Assembly (NCBI GenBank): GCA_050613775.1 | Contig: JBODTK010000126.1 | Span: 62,001-126,000, forward strand | Origin: Neocallimastix sp. 'constans' | Taxonomy: Eukaryota | DNA length: 64,000 nucleotides | Reading direction: 5' to 3' | Shown here: in pieces, positions 40,330-55,038 of the stretch | Position numbering within the stretch: the stretch's first letter is position 1 | Layout of the letters: the number at the start of each line of letters is the position of its first letter | The notes under the pieces: model-generated | Databases searched by the model: none | What the model saw: only the letters and a program-made list of their open reading frames with translations | Told to the model about the DNA's origin: nothing | Program-made: the position numbers and the translations under genes

Positions 40330-42652
40330 GTGCTCGCAATGACCAAGAAGAATTCCAATGCAGTTACAATATTATTATTTTTACATAAACTTATTGAAGT
40401 AATATTATAATAAATATAATAAATAGAATTTTACTAATAAAATAAAATAAAATAAAATAAAAATAAATAAATAAATAAAAAAAAAAAAAAAAAAAAAAAA
40501 GCATATAAAATAAATAAATAAATAAAATAAAATAAAATAAAATAAAATAAAATAAAATAAAATAAAATAAAATAAAATAAAATAAAATAAAATAAAATAA
40601 AATAAAATAAAATAAAATAAAATAAAATAAAATAAAATAAAATAAAATAAAATAAAATAAAATAAAATAAAATAAAATAAAATAAAATAAAATAAAAAAA
40701 AAAAGCATATAAGATAAATAAATAAATAAAAATAATTAATAATAAATGAAATCAATTTTAAACAATAATATTGGAAATAATAAAATAGGTATTCAAAGAA
40801 TATTTCAAAGTATTAGAAGAAGAATCTATTCGTGATAATTTTGTTATTATTTATGAATTATTGGATGAAATGATGGATTTCGGTTACCCTCAAACAACAG
40901 AATCAAAGATTCTTCAAGAGTATGTCTTTTTTAATTATAAAATGAATTCATTTGTATAAGCTTATTATTAACAAGCATTTTTATATTACAAAATAATTAA
41001 TTAAGATATATTACACAAGAAAGTCACCAATTGGAAGAACAAGTTCGTCCACCAGTCGCTGTTACGAATGCAGTTTCATGGAGATCTGAAGGTATTAAAT
41101 ATAGAAAAAACGAAGTTTTCTTAGATGTTATAGAATCTGTTAATTTATTAGTGAGTTCAAATAAATTTGAGAATATTCATTTTAATAATAATAATTTATT
41201 AAATAAAAATGTTTTTTTATAATTACAAATATTAATTGTAATATAAAATTTCATTTCATATAATACTAATTGTAATGAATTTTTAGGTTAATAGTAATGG
41301 TAATGTTTTAAGAAGTGAAATTCTCGGTTCCATTAAAATGAAATGTTTCCTTTCCGGTATGCCAGAATTACGTTTAGGTTTAAATGATAAAGTTATGTTT
41401 GAAACTGCTGGAAAAAGTAATAATCATGCAATTTAATGATATTTTCATGATGTTTATATTATAAAATTTTATATTTAATATTATTAATTAAATTACAAAT
41501 TAATATTGGAATATATAATTAGACGCTTCATCAAAAAGTAAAGCTATTGAAATGGAAGATGTTAAATTTCATCAATGTGTAAGATTATCCAGATTTGAAA
41601 ATAATCGTACAATTTCATTTATCCCACCAGATGGTGAATTCGAATTAATGTCTTACCGTTTAAGTACACAAGTTAAACCTTTAATATGGACAGAAGTTAT
41701 TGTTCAAACCCATAGTGGATCAAGAATTGAATACCAGATTAAGGTTAATAATTATATTTATATATTTATATATTATATATTATAATATTATTGATAATAT
41801 CAATAGACAATTCTTAATTGATTTTAAATTATATATATTTTTAATTACTATTAAAAATTTTATAGGCTAAAGCTCAATTTAAACGTCGTTCAACTGCTAA
41901 TAATGTTGCTATCTCTGTTCCAGTTCCTGAAGATGCTGATACTCCAAAATTTAAAGTGAATATTGTCGATATAAATTAAAATTGAATTAGTATAATTAGA
42001 TGAAATAATATAAAATATTAATAATCTAAAATAATTCTTTTCTTTTATTTATAAATTAAATAAAATAATTAAAAAATAATTAATAGTGTTCAATGGGTAC
42101 TGCTACATACGCTCCTGAAAAGAATGCCATTGTTTGGACAATAAAACAATTCCAAGGTGGTAAAGAATTTATACTTCGTGCTCACTTTGGTCTTCCAAGT
42201 GTTAAAAATGGTAAATAGTAATTTTATATCTTATCCTAAAATAAATCATCATTATTATTAAAAATTTTTATTGTTATTATTGACGTTATTATTATTATTA
42301 TTATCATTATAATTATTATTATTATTATAAATTTTTAAAATATTTATATAATAGAGGATGAAAATCAAAAGAAACCCCCAATTTCTGTAAAATTTGAGAT
42401 TCCATATTTTACTACTTCTGGCATTCAAGTCCGTTACTTGAAAGTCGTTGAAAAGAGTGGATACCAAGCATACCCATGGGTTAGATATATTACACAAAAT
42501 GGAGGTAAAAATAGTTTTTAATATATATTAAAAAAATGTATACAGTATGAAATATTAACAATTTTAATAATAAATAAATAAAATATTTTTGAATAGATTA
42601 CCATCTTCGTATGCCAGAATCTGTTAAAACTGCAAAATTAAGTTCAATTTAA
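39673..42652 (+). CDS. APM1: AP-1 adaptor complex medium (mu1) subunit
   Basis: [87 protein letters not shown] and [11 protein letters not shown] over about 10 GT-AG exons. Confidence 0.97.
40520..40696. repeat. (TAAAA)n microsatellite in an APM1 intron
   Basis: Directly visible, about 35 units. Confidence 0.95.
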
Positions 42653-42733
42653 TCATAGAAAATTCATTTTTTTTATTTTTCTTTAATTTTAAAACTTCAT
42701 TCTAATTAATAAAAATAAAAATAAAAAAACAAT

Positions 42734-42764
<31 letters not shown>

Positions 42765-42779
42765 TAAAATAAAATAAAA

Positions 42780-42810
<31 letters not shown>

Positions 42811-42812
42811 AA

Positions 42813-42845
<33 letters not shown>

Positions 42846-42977
42846 ATAAAATAAAATAAAATAAAAATTTCATAAATAATTATTAATTATACTGAAGTAT
42901 AGTTATTACATAATACATATATTATAAATTTTAATAGAAAAAATTTATTACACAAATACATCTATAAAGGAAGAACA

Positions 42978-43020
<43 letters not shown>

Positions 43021-43070
43021 TAAAGTAATTAAATAATTTACAGATAAAAATAAAAATGTATTAAAATGAA

Positions 43071-43146
<76 letters not shown>

Positions 43147-43387
43147 GTAATAAATTAATATAAAATGAAAAATAATTATTAAAAAGAAAAGTATTATTTT
43201 TAAATAATATATATTTTTTTTTTTATGATATTGGTTTATTTATGATATTTATTTATAAATTATAATTAGAATAACATATCTTTATTTATATATATATTTA
43301 TTTATTAAAAAAATAGTAATAATAAAAGAGAAAGAGAGAAATAAAAAAATCCTAAACATTTATAATTCATTATTTTATTTTAAAACG

Positions 43388-43421
<34 letters not shown>

Positions 43422-43705
43422 ATTTAATATCTAAATGAAATTATGCATATTATGTTAATTATAATATAAAATATAATAAATATAATAAATATATATTAAA
43501 ATATAATTATTAAAACAAATATATTATTATGTATATTAACAATTAATTTAATATATTTTTATATATTATTTTAGTGAATTATTGTATTAATATTTTTTTA
43601 ATAAAATATATTAAATTAGATATAATTAAGAAAATAGTTTTTCTTTTTGATTCATTTTATCTTTCGCTATACTGTCTGTCTGGAATTATAAATATTGAAA
43701 TCTTT

Positions 43706-43766
43706 TCAAAGATTCTATAGTTATTATATATTTAAACAAATAATTAATATTACATATATATAATAA

Positions 43767-43805
<39 letters not shown>

Positions 43806-45835
43806 AATTATATATATTTTTATAAGTATAATGAATGGAATTAAATTTATTAATATATATTAAATAATTCATTTTTATATATTACTTGAAATTGTTTAGA
43901 AAGTGCATTAACTTTATTAGGTATAGGTGCATTTTTTTTATGAGCATCACTTTCTCCCTCATGGGGGAAATTAGAAATAAGACCATTTAGTTTTGAACGA
44001 GCATCTATATTATTATATTCGGTTTCATTAGTAGAGATTGGTGTATGAAGAGGATTTTCTTTTTCCGAATGATGAGTAACACTATCAGATGAATTTTTAC
44101 GTGAATGTGTTGGAAGAAGATATTTAGTATAAAGCAATGAAGCACTTGGTAAAGAATCATTTGTACTAGCAGAACGCATATGCATATTAGTTCTAATTGC
44201 AGATAAATTAGGATTTCCTTCCTTAGTTTCATTATCATGTAAGAATTGTTGAAGATGGATATTTTCAAGTGAGGAGGATTGAGGAATTTGTGGAAGTTTT
44301 CTTTTTTGAAGTTTAGATATACTTGTATTTGGAATATCATCAAGACTACTACTGTTTTCATTATTTCTATTTTCATTAATGAAAAAAGATTCTATTACAT
44401 TCTTTTCTTTTTCATTTGTTCCTTCCATTATAAAGCTCTGATTAGTATTTTCATCATCAATGAAATTCAAACTACCATCCCTCTTTCGATTATCTAACAT
44501 ACCTAAACTTGAATTAAAGTCAACGTATGGTTTTTGTAGTTCATTATCATCATCAAATTTATTAATTTCTTCAAGACTTCTATTTTCTATAAGAGATGAT
44601 ATAATATTATTATATGGCATCCAACCTTGCTTCTTATTACTATCAACATACATCCAATTCCTAAATTTTGCATGAATTTTTACCTTATCACCTTTTTTTA
44701 AACTAATTTCAAATGCGTTAATTTTTTTATATTCTTTTCTAATTTCTCCATCCTGTGGAGTATCATATAATTCCATTTCTTCATCTTCAGCTTTTTCAAC
44801 TATACATTCCGCAGGTACAAATCCAATACTACCTCCTTTCTTTTGTACTCTATACTTTTCTATTGATTCTCTTTCCAATAATTCAACTACTTCTCCAATT
44901 TCAATGGATAATTCATTATCTTTTTTCTTTTTATATGGTAATAAAACAATTGCCTTTTCAGTATTTTCTTTAATAGTATTTATTTGGGGCATCGCCTTTA
45001 AGTCCATTGAATTTAATTTAGCTCTTTGTTCTTCTTTTAAATTAATTTTTCTTAAAAATAATTGAGCTTCAGTTCCTTTTGCTCTAAAGTTTATAAGTAC
45101 TTCAAGTGGATGTTCATCATTTTCTAAGTATCGTTCTTGTATATTTTGATGATTTTTTAAAATCATCATTATTAAAATCATCATTTTTAAAATTCGTTAT
45201 TAAAATTATATATATTAAAATTATCATTATTAATATCATTTTTAATTAATAATAAATTTATACCTGAATTAATAGATAACCTATATAATGCAATATCATT
45301 TTTAATTTGATATTTCTTTAAAACTTCTGTAAGGAATGTTTCAGTTGTATCATCTGGTGTTAATTTCAAACTTTTATATAATGTTTCACATTCTTGCTTT
45401 TCTAATGCACTGTATACTTTAATAGTTTCTGGTTTTCTCTATCAATTTATTTAAATAAAATTATTGTCTTAAATAATGATATTAAGTTTCTAAATATTTA
45501 AAGATATATATTTTAAACTATTTACAATATTATCGGGCTCATTGGTTAGAGCGTATAAGTTAACACTAGAACTGGACTTAACTTTTGAAATCTCAGAAAG
45601 ACTCTATATTTAATTATATAATAATATTTTTTATTTAATATTTTAATAACTTTTTATTTTTTGTAATAATCTAATGTATATTCTAAAAAAAAAAAGAAAA
45701 TATATTAATATTTACATTATTATTCACATTACTCATAACCATTTTAATTGCTCTAATATCATCTTTAAATTGTCTCATTTCTTCATTTATCTGTTTAACA
45801 TCATTAACTAATTTATAAACTTGTTGTTCTACATA

Positions 45836-45870
<35 letters not shown>

Positions 45871-45906
45871 CATACATATAATATAATAAATTTTTATTAT
45901 ATTTAG

Positions 45907-45966
<60 letters not shown>

Positions 45967-46196
45967 CATTATTATTATTATTATTTTATTTTATTTTTAT
46001 TTTTATTTTTATTTTATTTTTTATTTTAAATTAATATTTTTTCCTATTATAAAAAATAAATTCAGAAAATACCATTTTCTTTAAATTTATTATCCATAAT
46101 TTTATATTTTGTTTCATTTTTAATCATATCTTTTTCCATTTCCATTCTAATACCTAAATTAAAAATTATATTAATTATTATTACTATTATTAATTA

Positions 46197-46233
<37 letters not shown>

Positions 46234-46739
46234 CATGAGGCTTAATCATATTTAATATTTTCAATACTTTTTGGAATATAATCATATTCTTCAATGGGAA
46301 TATTGTTTTTTGATTTTAATGCGTAAATTGATTTTAATATTTTTATCCTCATTCCAACCGAATAAATATTAAGTTCTCTTAAAAGATCATGATCAGCATG
46401 CATCAAAATTTCACCTGTAATACTATTTTCTTTATATTTTTGTATATGTATGTTTTGTTATATTTTGTTTTGTTTTTGTTGTAAAATAAATATATTATGG
46501 TATATAATATTATTAAAACTGCTTTTTTTTTTTTTTTTTGCTTTCATTTTTTTTTTTTTTTTTGCAATATATACAATATATGTATAATTATATCATTTAA
46601 TATAATATAAAAAAAGCATTTCCACAAATAATTAATAATTACCAATAATCCCTTTTTCGAGATTTTGAAATCCTAATAAGGATAAAAACTCAGCAACTTG
46701 TTTTGATTCCCATTTTAATGGAGAGATATCTGTTTGCAT
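43706..46739 (-). CDS. Ste50/Ubc2-like MAPK adaptor: SAM, coiled coil, RA domain, two SH3 domains
   Basis: SAM (WESKQVAEFL..ENSITGEIL..LRELNIYSVGMRIKIL), RA-like (YKSLKLTPDDTT..ERYLENDEHPL), SH3s (ELSIEIGE..GFVPAECI; ISLKKGD..GWMPYN). The 3' exon and stop are uncertain. Confidence 0.8.
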
Positions 46740-46883
46740 TGAGTTAATTGCTTTTATTTATAAGTAATAATACAAATAATTATGAATGTGTAATGTATAA
46801 TTATGAAAAAAATTTTTTTTCTTTTTATTCCAATATTTCTTTTTTCCAATATTTCTTTATTCCAATCCACTTTTTTATTTTAC

Positions 46884-46926
<43 letters not shown>

Positions 46927-49075
46927 TTGAAATAACTAATTTGAAATATTAAATAATAAAATGAAAAAAATAAAGTAAAAACAATTTTACATAAATGTAT
47001 ATTTTTATATTTTAATTACTTATATATATATTTTAATTATTTTTTTTTAAAAAAAAAGTTATCTTAATGAATATTTTTGTAACAATTATATAATAAGTTA
47101 AAATATAATTAAACTTATGTCATAAAAAAGAACAATTAATTTTAATTTTTAATTATATTATTTAAATAATTTTATTTCAATTTTATATTATTTAAATAAT
47201 TAAACTAAAATTATATCAAAAAAAAGAATTAATTTTAATTATATTTTTTTAACTAATTTCGATTCTATATTATTTAATTTATATATAAAAGAAAACCTCA
47301 ATTAAAAAACTTTATTTATGATAATTATAAATTAAATATATATATATTTAGGTTTTTTAAATTCTATTTTTTTATTATTTATAAAAATTTTTTGGTATAA
47401 TTAATAACCTTAATGGATTCTCCAATAAAAAATAATTAATGGATAATTTATAATTTTATTTCTAATTGAAACTGAATTATTTATGTAATGTAGAGATAAA
47501 AAATTATTTATTTATTTATTATTTTTTAGTATCTTCTTTTTCTTTTATTTTTTTAATAATGTCTTTCCAATAAATTATATTTTGAAAATATATAATAAAT
47601 ATTAAAATTAAAAATATTTAATAATTATAATTTTAATTATTCTATCTATATTGTTATATATAGACACTTTCAATTTTCAATTTATAATACTTCCTAAAAC
47701 ATGATATATTTATTCTTATTCTATTTTAAAATTATTTTATTTAAATAAATGTTAATACGCTCATTTATATGTAACATATTTAGTATAAAAATATTATTTC
47801 TTAATAAAAATTTATATATATATAGATATTCTCCCATAAAAAAGTTAATTTATAATAATATAATTACATAAATATATATAAAAATATATATTATAAAAAA
47901 AAAATAAGGTTATTTTTTCTTTTTGTAGTTGCAATATTTTATTAAAAAAAATAATAATAAAAATTATAATTTATACATAAAATTTAATAGAAATGTATTA
48001 AATAATATCTGAATAAAAAAATATTAAAAATAATAATTAGATTATTATATAAATGCTAGAATTTGTAAAATACATGAAAAATAGGTTTCAAATGTATTGA
48101 AACATAATGTAATATAATTAATGTATAAACCACAATACATTGATATATAAAAGCATTTAACTTAGAATAATATTACTTTTCATCATAAAATATATTAATA
48201 AAGTTGACATAATTAAAAACCCTGAGTTCTTAACAATATAGCATTATTAAAATAATTTATTTATTCATTTATTTTTATATTTATTTATTTATTATATTTT
48301 ATTAATAAAATAAACTTGATACTATATTGTAAATATACTAAAATAGTATTTTTTTGGAAAAATAAAATTTTAATAATAGAATACAAAAAAAAAATCAAAA
48401 AAAAAAAATAATGGAAACATTTTTCTTTATAATATATTTCTAAATTTTTTTTTCTTTATAATGATAAAAAATAGAAATATTAATAATATATATATATATT
48501 TATGAATTATATTTTCAGTCATATTTTTCAATTTTCACAAAATACATAAAAAATATCTATTCTACTATTCTACTATTTATTTAATTCTATAATTTTTTTA
48601 TAGAATTAAAAAAATAATATTAAAATAAAATTAAATAAGTGACTTTTATTTTGAAATAAAACTTGTTAAGATATATTTGTGTAACTTAAAATTTTATTCT
48701 AACTTTAAATATAAATATTTTTATTATTATTTTTAATTGAATGTATTAGGCAATAATGTTGTTTGTATTTATATTTATATATATTTTATATTTAAAAATG
48801 TAATTGCTTTTTTTTTTCATATTTACGAGTTAAGAATGGAACAGTAAGACAACAACTATTTGAAAGTAGATACTGGTTTCAATAGGAGTGATAACAAACT
48901 GATATGTCTTTTTATTTAATAAAGATTACATCTTTTTATGGACTAAGTATCATCTATTTTCTTTTTTTTTTATTACTATTTATTCTTGTTTATACATTTG
49001 TTTATAAATTAATTATATATATTATTCATTATTTATTAATTATTCAGTTATTTTTTTTTATTATATACTAATCAT

Positions 49076-49139
<64 letters not shown>

Positions 49140-49412
49140 TATTCAGTAATTAAAATAATATATATATAGTTTCATTAAAACTTTATATATATAAATATAA
49201 TATTAATTATTAATTTTGCTATTATATAAATATTATTAATTAAAAATAATAAAAAAAAATTAATTTTATATTAATTTTTTAAAATTATATTATTATATTA
49301 TTAAAAATATATATAATATTATAATTAAATATTAAAAATGCATATATTATTAACGGACATAATACATTTTACTCTCTCAAATACTAAAATAAATAAAAAA
49401 ATAATAAAAATT

Positions 49413-49445
<33 letters not shown>

Positions 49446-49734
49446 ATAATAACAATAATAATAATTATAATAATAAAATAATAAAATTAAAATAAAAAAA
49501 AAAAAAAATTAAAAAAAAAAAATAAAATAAAATAAAGTAAGAATGAATATTTTTATTTAAATTTATTTTATTATTAATAAAAAAAATATATAATAATAAA
49601 TATTTTCATTTTTAATATTAAAAATTTAATAATACTATTAATAATTAATTTATAAATTATATTCTTTTGAATAGAAATAAATTTATAAATAAATATAATT
49701 TTAAAAATCATATTAAAAGTGTTAAAAAAAAAAA

Positions 49735-51857
49735 ATGAATGAAGAAGATAATCCTTTTAGAATGGACAGACCAAGCATTGATCCATTAATAGTAGATCTT
49801 AATTCTTCAATACGTCAAAACAGTAATATTGATAGTAATCCTTGGGAAATATCTGAAGGAGATGATATTTTAAAATCAATTATGGATATTAATAAAAATA
49901 AAAAATGTAATAATTGCATACATTCATTTAATTTATTATAAATAAATTGTAAATTTTTATATATTGAATATAAAATATTTTTATAAAATTAAAAAATCAT
50001 GAAATTAATAAATAATGAATTAATAATAAATATATATTTATATATTTATATACAATATTCCTTTTATTTAATAAAAATTTTGAAATATTAATTTGTAATG
50101 AATTTATATTTATAATATGAATTTTGATAATATATCAGCTTCTTCACCACCAATAAATGAATCAATATATCCTGTAACAAAAAGTAGTAGTAATTTAAGA
50201 TATAGCGATTATGGAATTTCTTCAACTCCAAGTTTTAGAATTAATGACCCATGGGCAATGCCAACAACTAATAATAGCTTATATGATATAAATAAAAATA
50301 AAAATAATATAGATAATAATGCAGATAATGATTATAGTAAATTTACTTCACTTAATATAAATACAGATGATTTAAATATGATAAGTTCTCTAAATGGCAT
50401 AACGAATGATATGAATAATTCCAATTTAAATATTTCATCAATGATTACTTCAGAAACCACAAACACTAGTCAATCCTCTATCAAATCACCAATTAATTAC
50501 CTGAATAATTCACAATCTTTCATAGCTACAACAAGTTATCTCAATTCTTCTGAAGATTCAGATATTATTACTGTAAGAATTTCACCTGAAAAAGGAGGTA
50601 TTGTTTTTAAACATGTAAATTATTTAATACATTCTAAGGTAGGTACAGAATAATACGAATAAAAATAAAAAATAAAAAATAAAATTAAATAAATATGATA
50701 TAAATTATTCAAATTAAATATATTTATAAAATGTTAAATAAATACATAATAATTATTAATACATTATTGAAAAAGTTACATAAATTATCATCAATAAGAA
50801 GATATTCAGACTTTTTATGGCTCTATGAGGTTTTATGCAAAAGATACCAATTTAGAATAAGTATGTTATTATAACTATTGTTTTTTTTTTTTTTTTTTTT
50901 TTTCTTAGAACTTATTTATTGATTCATTTATTAATTTATTTATTTATTAAATTTTATTATTTCTTTAAATAAATGAATTATTATGAATAATAACAAAACT
51001 CGAATAGTGATAAGTGTATGTCTCATATAATCAGTAAATATTATTTATCTTTTTATAATGATAATTAACTAATTACATTTTTATCTGAATTAATTTAAAT
51101 TATATAGATACCACCAAAACATATAGGTACAAGTAAATATTAGAATAATTATAGTTATATATATAAGAAATAATAATAAAATATATATATATATATTTAA
51201 ATTACTAATTTTTTTTTATTATATTATATTGTTTAATAATAAGATATGAATATAATAACATCTTCAAAAGATTTAGCATTTCTTGAAAAGAGACGTAGAG
51301 GTTTATCACGTTTTATAAATTATGTTGGAAATCACCCAATAATGAAAAATGATGAATATTATAAGAAATTTATTAACAAAGATGTTGTAAATATTTATAT
51401 TAGTTAATTAAAGTATATTATATATAAGTATATATTCTATTTTTTTATTAATTTATTATTTAATGACGATTAATAACAATAAAATTTAAAGGATATATAT
51501 CAATTAAGAAAAAGCAATAATATTGAAATTACAGATGAATTTAGCATAACTTTTTTAACACCAGAACAAAAAAATATAATTCCTATTGATTTTGAAAAAA
51601 ATTTACAAAATTTGAGATCTGGATTGAATTTCTTAACTGAACAATATCAAGCACTCTATGAATCAATGAATAAAATTAATAAAAATATTGAATGTAACTA
51701 TCATAAATCATTATTTTACTTAATATAATTTATAATTAATCATTTGCGAGATAAATAATATAAATGATATTAAAACCAATAAATTAAATTCATTTTTCAA
51801 ATTATAATAGCTTCCTCAAATGAATTTACAAATATTGGATATTCATTAGGGTATTTA

Positions 51858-51915
<58 letters not shown>

Positions 51916-52904
51916 GTAAAAATTATAATAATATGAAAAATAACGTTACATAATATTTTATATTTTATTTATAAATATAATTAAATATTCTAGTCAAATG
52001 TCAGAATTTAAAGATTTCTTGGGATTTGATTCATATAATTTTAAACTCTTATATAATGGATATGCTCGTCTAGCTGATGGATTCCAAAAAGTATCATCCG
52101 TTTTACATGAAAGTGTAAATATAAAAAATTTTTAATAATGATTATATTATATTTAGATATTATCATGAATTTAATATTAATAAATTGAATATATATAGTA
52201 TCAAAATACGTTAAATGGAATTGTTGAAAATCTTCAAACTCAAAAGGAAATATTGGATGGATTTGAAGTAAAAGCAATAAAAATAATATTATATAATATT
52301 AAATAATATTAAATAATTTATAAATATAAATAATATAAAATTTATTGAGATATATTTACTTATTAAAAATATCAACTTTACATTTAAAATACAGAATCTC
52401 TTAAAAACTAAAGATTATGCTATCAGTAAAATTGAATATAGTTTAGAACAAATGAAAAAAAGAATAGAAGTAAATACTAATAAATTATTAGATTCAAAAA
52501 TAAAAGATAAAGAAAGAGAAAAACTCGGAGAAATTGTAACAAAAGTAAATAATTTCATAATAATTTATAATTTATTATTAAAATTTTATAATAAGATATA
52601 CATAAATAATTATATATATATATATATATATATATAATTATTTATATATTGATTTGTTTTTATTTATTATTATTTAATTAATATAATAAAGGACCAAAAA
52701 GATAAATCAAATTTAGAAACAAAATTAGAATTTATAAGATTCTGTGTATTTAGCGAAGCCAGCTTCTTAGAAGCTCAAAAAATACAAATTGCAAATATGT
52801 ATTCTGAATATATCCAAATGCAAGTAAGGATAACAACTATGTTACATGAAGAATGGAAGATATTATCTGTAACTGCTTCCAAATTACCATTAGGAACGTT
52901 TTAA
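49735..52904 (+). CDS. MVP1: Sorting nexin Mvp1/SNX8 (PX + BAR)
   Basis: EKGGIVFKHVNY, RRYSDFLWL, IPPK, FLEKRRRGLSRFIN and HPIM, then a helical BAR region. The exons checked join in frame. Confidence 0.9.
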
Positions 52905-53558
52905 TTGGTTTTTTTTTAAATCAAAATAAAATAAAATAAAATAAAGAAATAAATAATAATAAATAAATAAATAAATAAAATTAATAAAGTATTAACATTT
53001 AATGAATAATAATGATGATGATGAATAAATAAATAATAAATTAATAATGATTATTAAAAATATAGTACGAAAGTAAAAATAAAATATTAAAAAAATTACA
53101 AATACATATAATTTTTATAACAAAAATATAATATATATATATATAATTTCAAATTTTCATACTTAATAATTTTAATAACAAATCATTTATTAATAACATA
53201 ATATTACCATAAATTACATAATATTTTAAAATAGTATTATAGCAATAATTACAATAACAATCTAAATAAATTAATAAAAACAATAATAATTAACTTACTT
53301 TCATTAAATCTTCCAAATTAATATAATTAAAATTAAAATAAAAATATATAAAAATAATCATTATTTAAAAAGAAATAATAATAATTATATCAAACGATGA
53401 TAAAATGACATTTTTTTTTAAAAAAAAAAAAAAATAATAATAATAATAATAATATAAACAATAATAATTAATAAAAATAATATTATTATTGTACAATCAT
53501 ATTGAATATATACTTGAAAACTATTATTTAAAGAAATACAATATAAAATTAATAATAT

Positions 53559-53605
<47 letters not shown>

Positions 53606-54340
53606 CTTTTTCTTCAAATGTAATTTATTATCTGTCCTTACTTATTACGTATAAAAAATATTTATTTATAATAAATAAATGTTATTATAAATGATAACTA
53701 TTAATAAACTTTTTTTTTTTTTTTTTGAAAAAAAGTAGTTTTTTAAAATAAATATATATTTATTAAATATTTTTATCATTACATAGAACTTCTATAAATG
53801 GCATTTTCCATTAAATTTTATTTTTATATTTTTTTTTTGTTTTATGTTTTTTTTTTTATTATTTGAAATGTATCAATTACAATAATAATAAACAAGAACA
53901 CGTTCTACGTAAATAAATATACGTACGTATTGCATCTTATAATAATCATATATAATAAGATTTTATTTTATATTAAGACCAATAATTGAAATGGATTATC
54001 CTATTCAATAAAATATTATTTATTATTTGATTTTAAACCAAATATAATCAATTTAATTGTTCTATATAAATAATTAATACATTATTTCTATATTACTTTA
54101 TTTTTATAATATATATTATTTATAATAAAAAAATAAAAAATTAAAACTTTTTCTTTTTCTTTTATTTAATTTATTTCAAAAAACTAAATCAAAGAATAAT
54201 AATATATAATATTATATAATATTATATATATTATATTCGAAATAATAAAATAAAATAAAATAAAAATAAAAATAAAAAAGAAAACCAAAATAGTTAATAT
54301 TATACTAACAAAAAATTTTAATACATATAACTATGGTAAA

Positions 54341-54390
<50 letters not shown>

Positions 54391-54984
54391 CATTCATTAT
54401 TCATCTTCAGCAATAAATATTTTATAATTTAATATTTATATCAATATATACAAAGATATAAAAAAAAAAAGCATTTATTATATATTGTTATATTATTTTT
54501 TTTTTATTATTTTTTTCTTAATAAAAATAAGAAAGAGAAAATATATATATTAATAAGTATTAATTTTTAATTAAAATTTGTTCAAAATTGGTACAATATA
54601 TTATTATAATAAAATGAATAATAATTAATTAAAGCGTAAGAATAATAATAATAATAATATAAATAATAATAATATATTTGTATATATTTTAATTATTCAT
54701 TCGACAGTAGAAATTTAAAATTAATTATAAATCTTTTAGAATTGAGATTTGAAATTATATTTTGAAAAAAAAAAAAAATAACATAATTAAATTAAAATAA
54801 AATAATGAAATAATGAAAAGAAGGATAAAATTAATCTAATAAGAAAATAGAAATATAATTAATATTTAATATTTTACAATTTACATATTTTTTTAATAAA
54901 GTTTTATCTATCAATAAATAAATTTCTAATTTCTATAATTTTATATAAAAATTTTTCATTATCCATAAAATAGTTCAATTAAAT

Positions 54985-55022
<38 letters not shown>

Positions 55023-55038
55023 GAAACTTATAAAAAAA

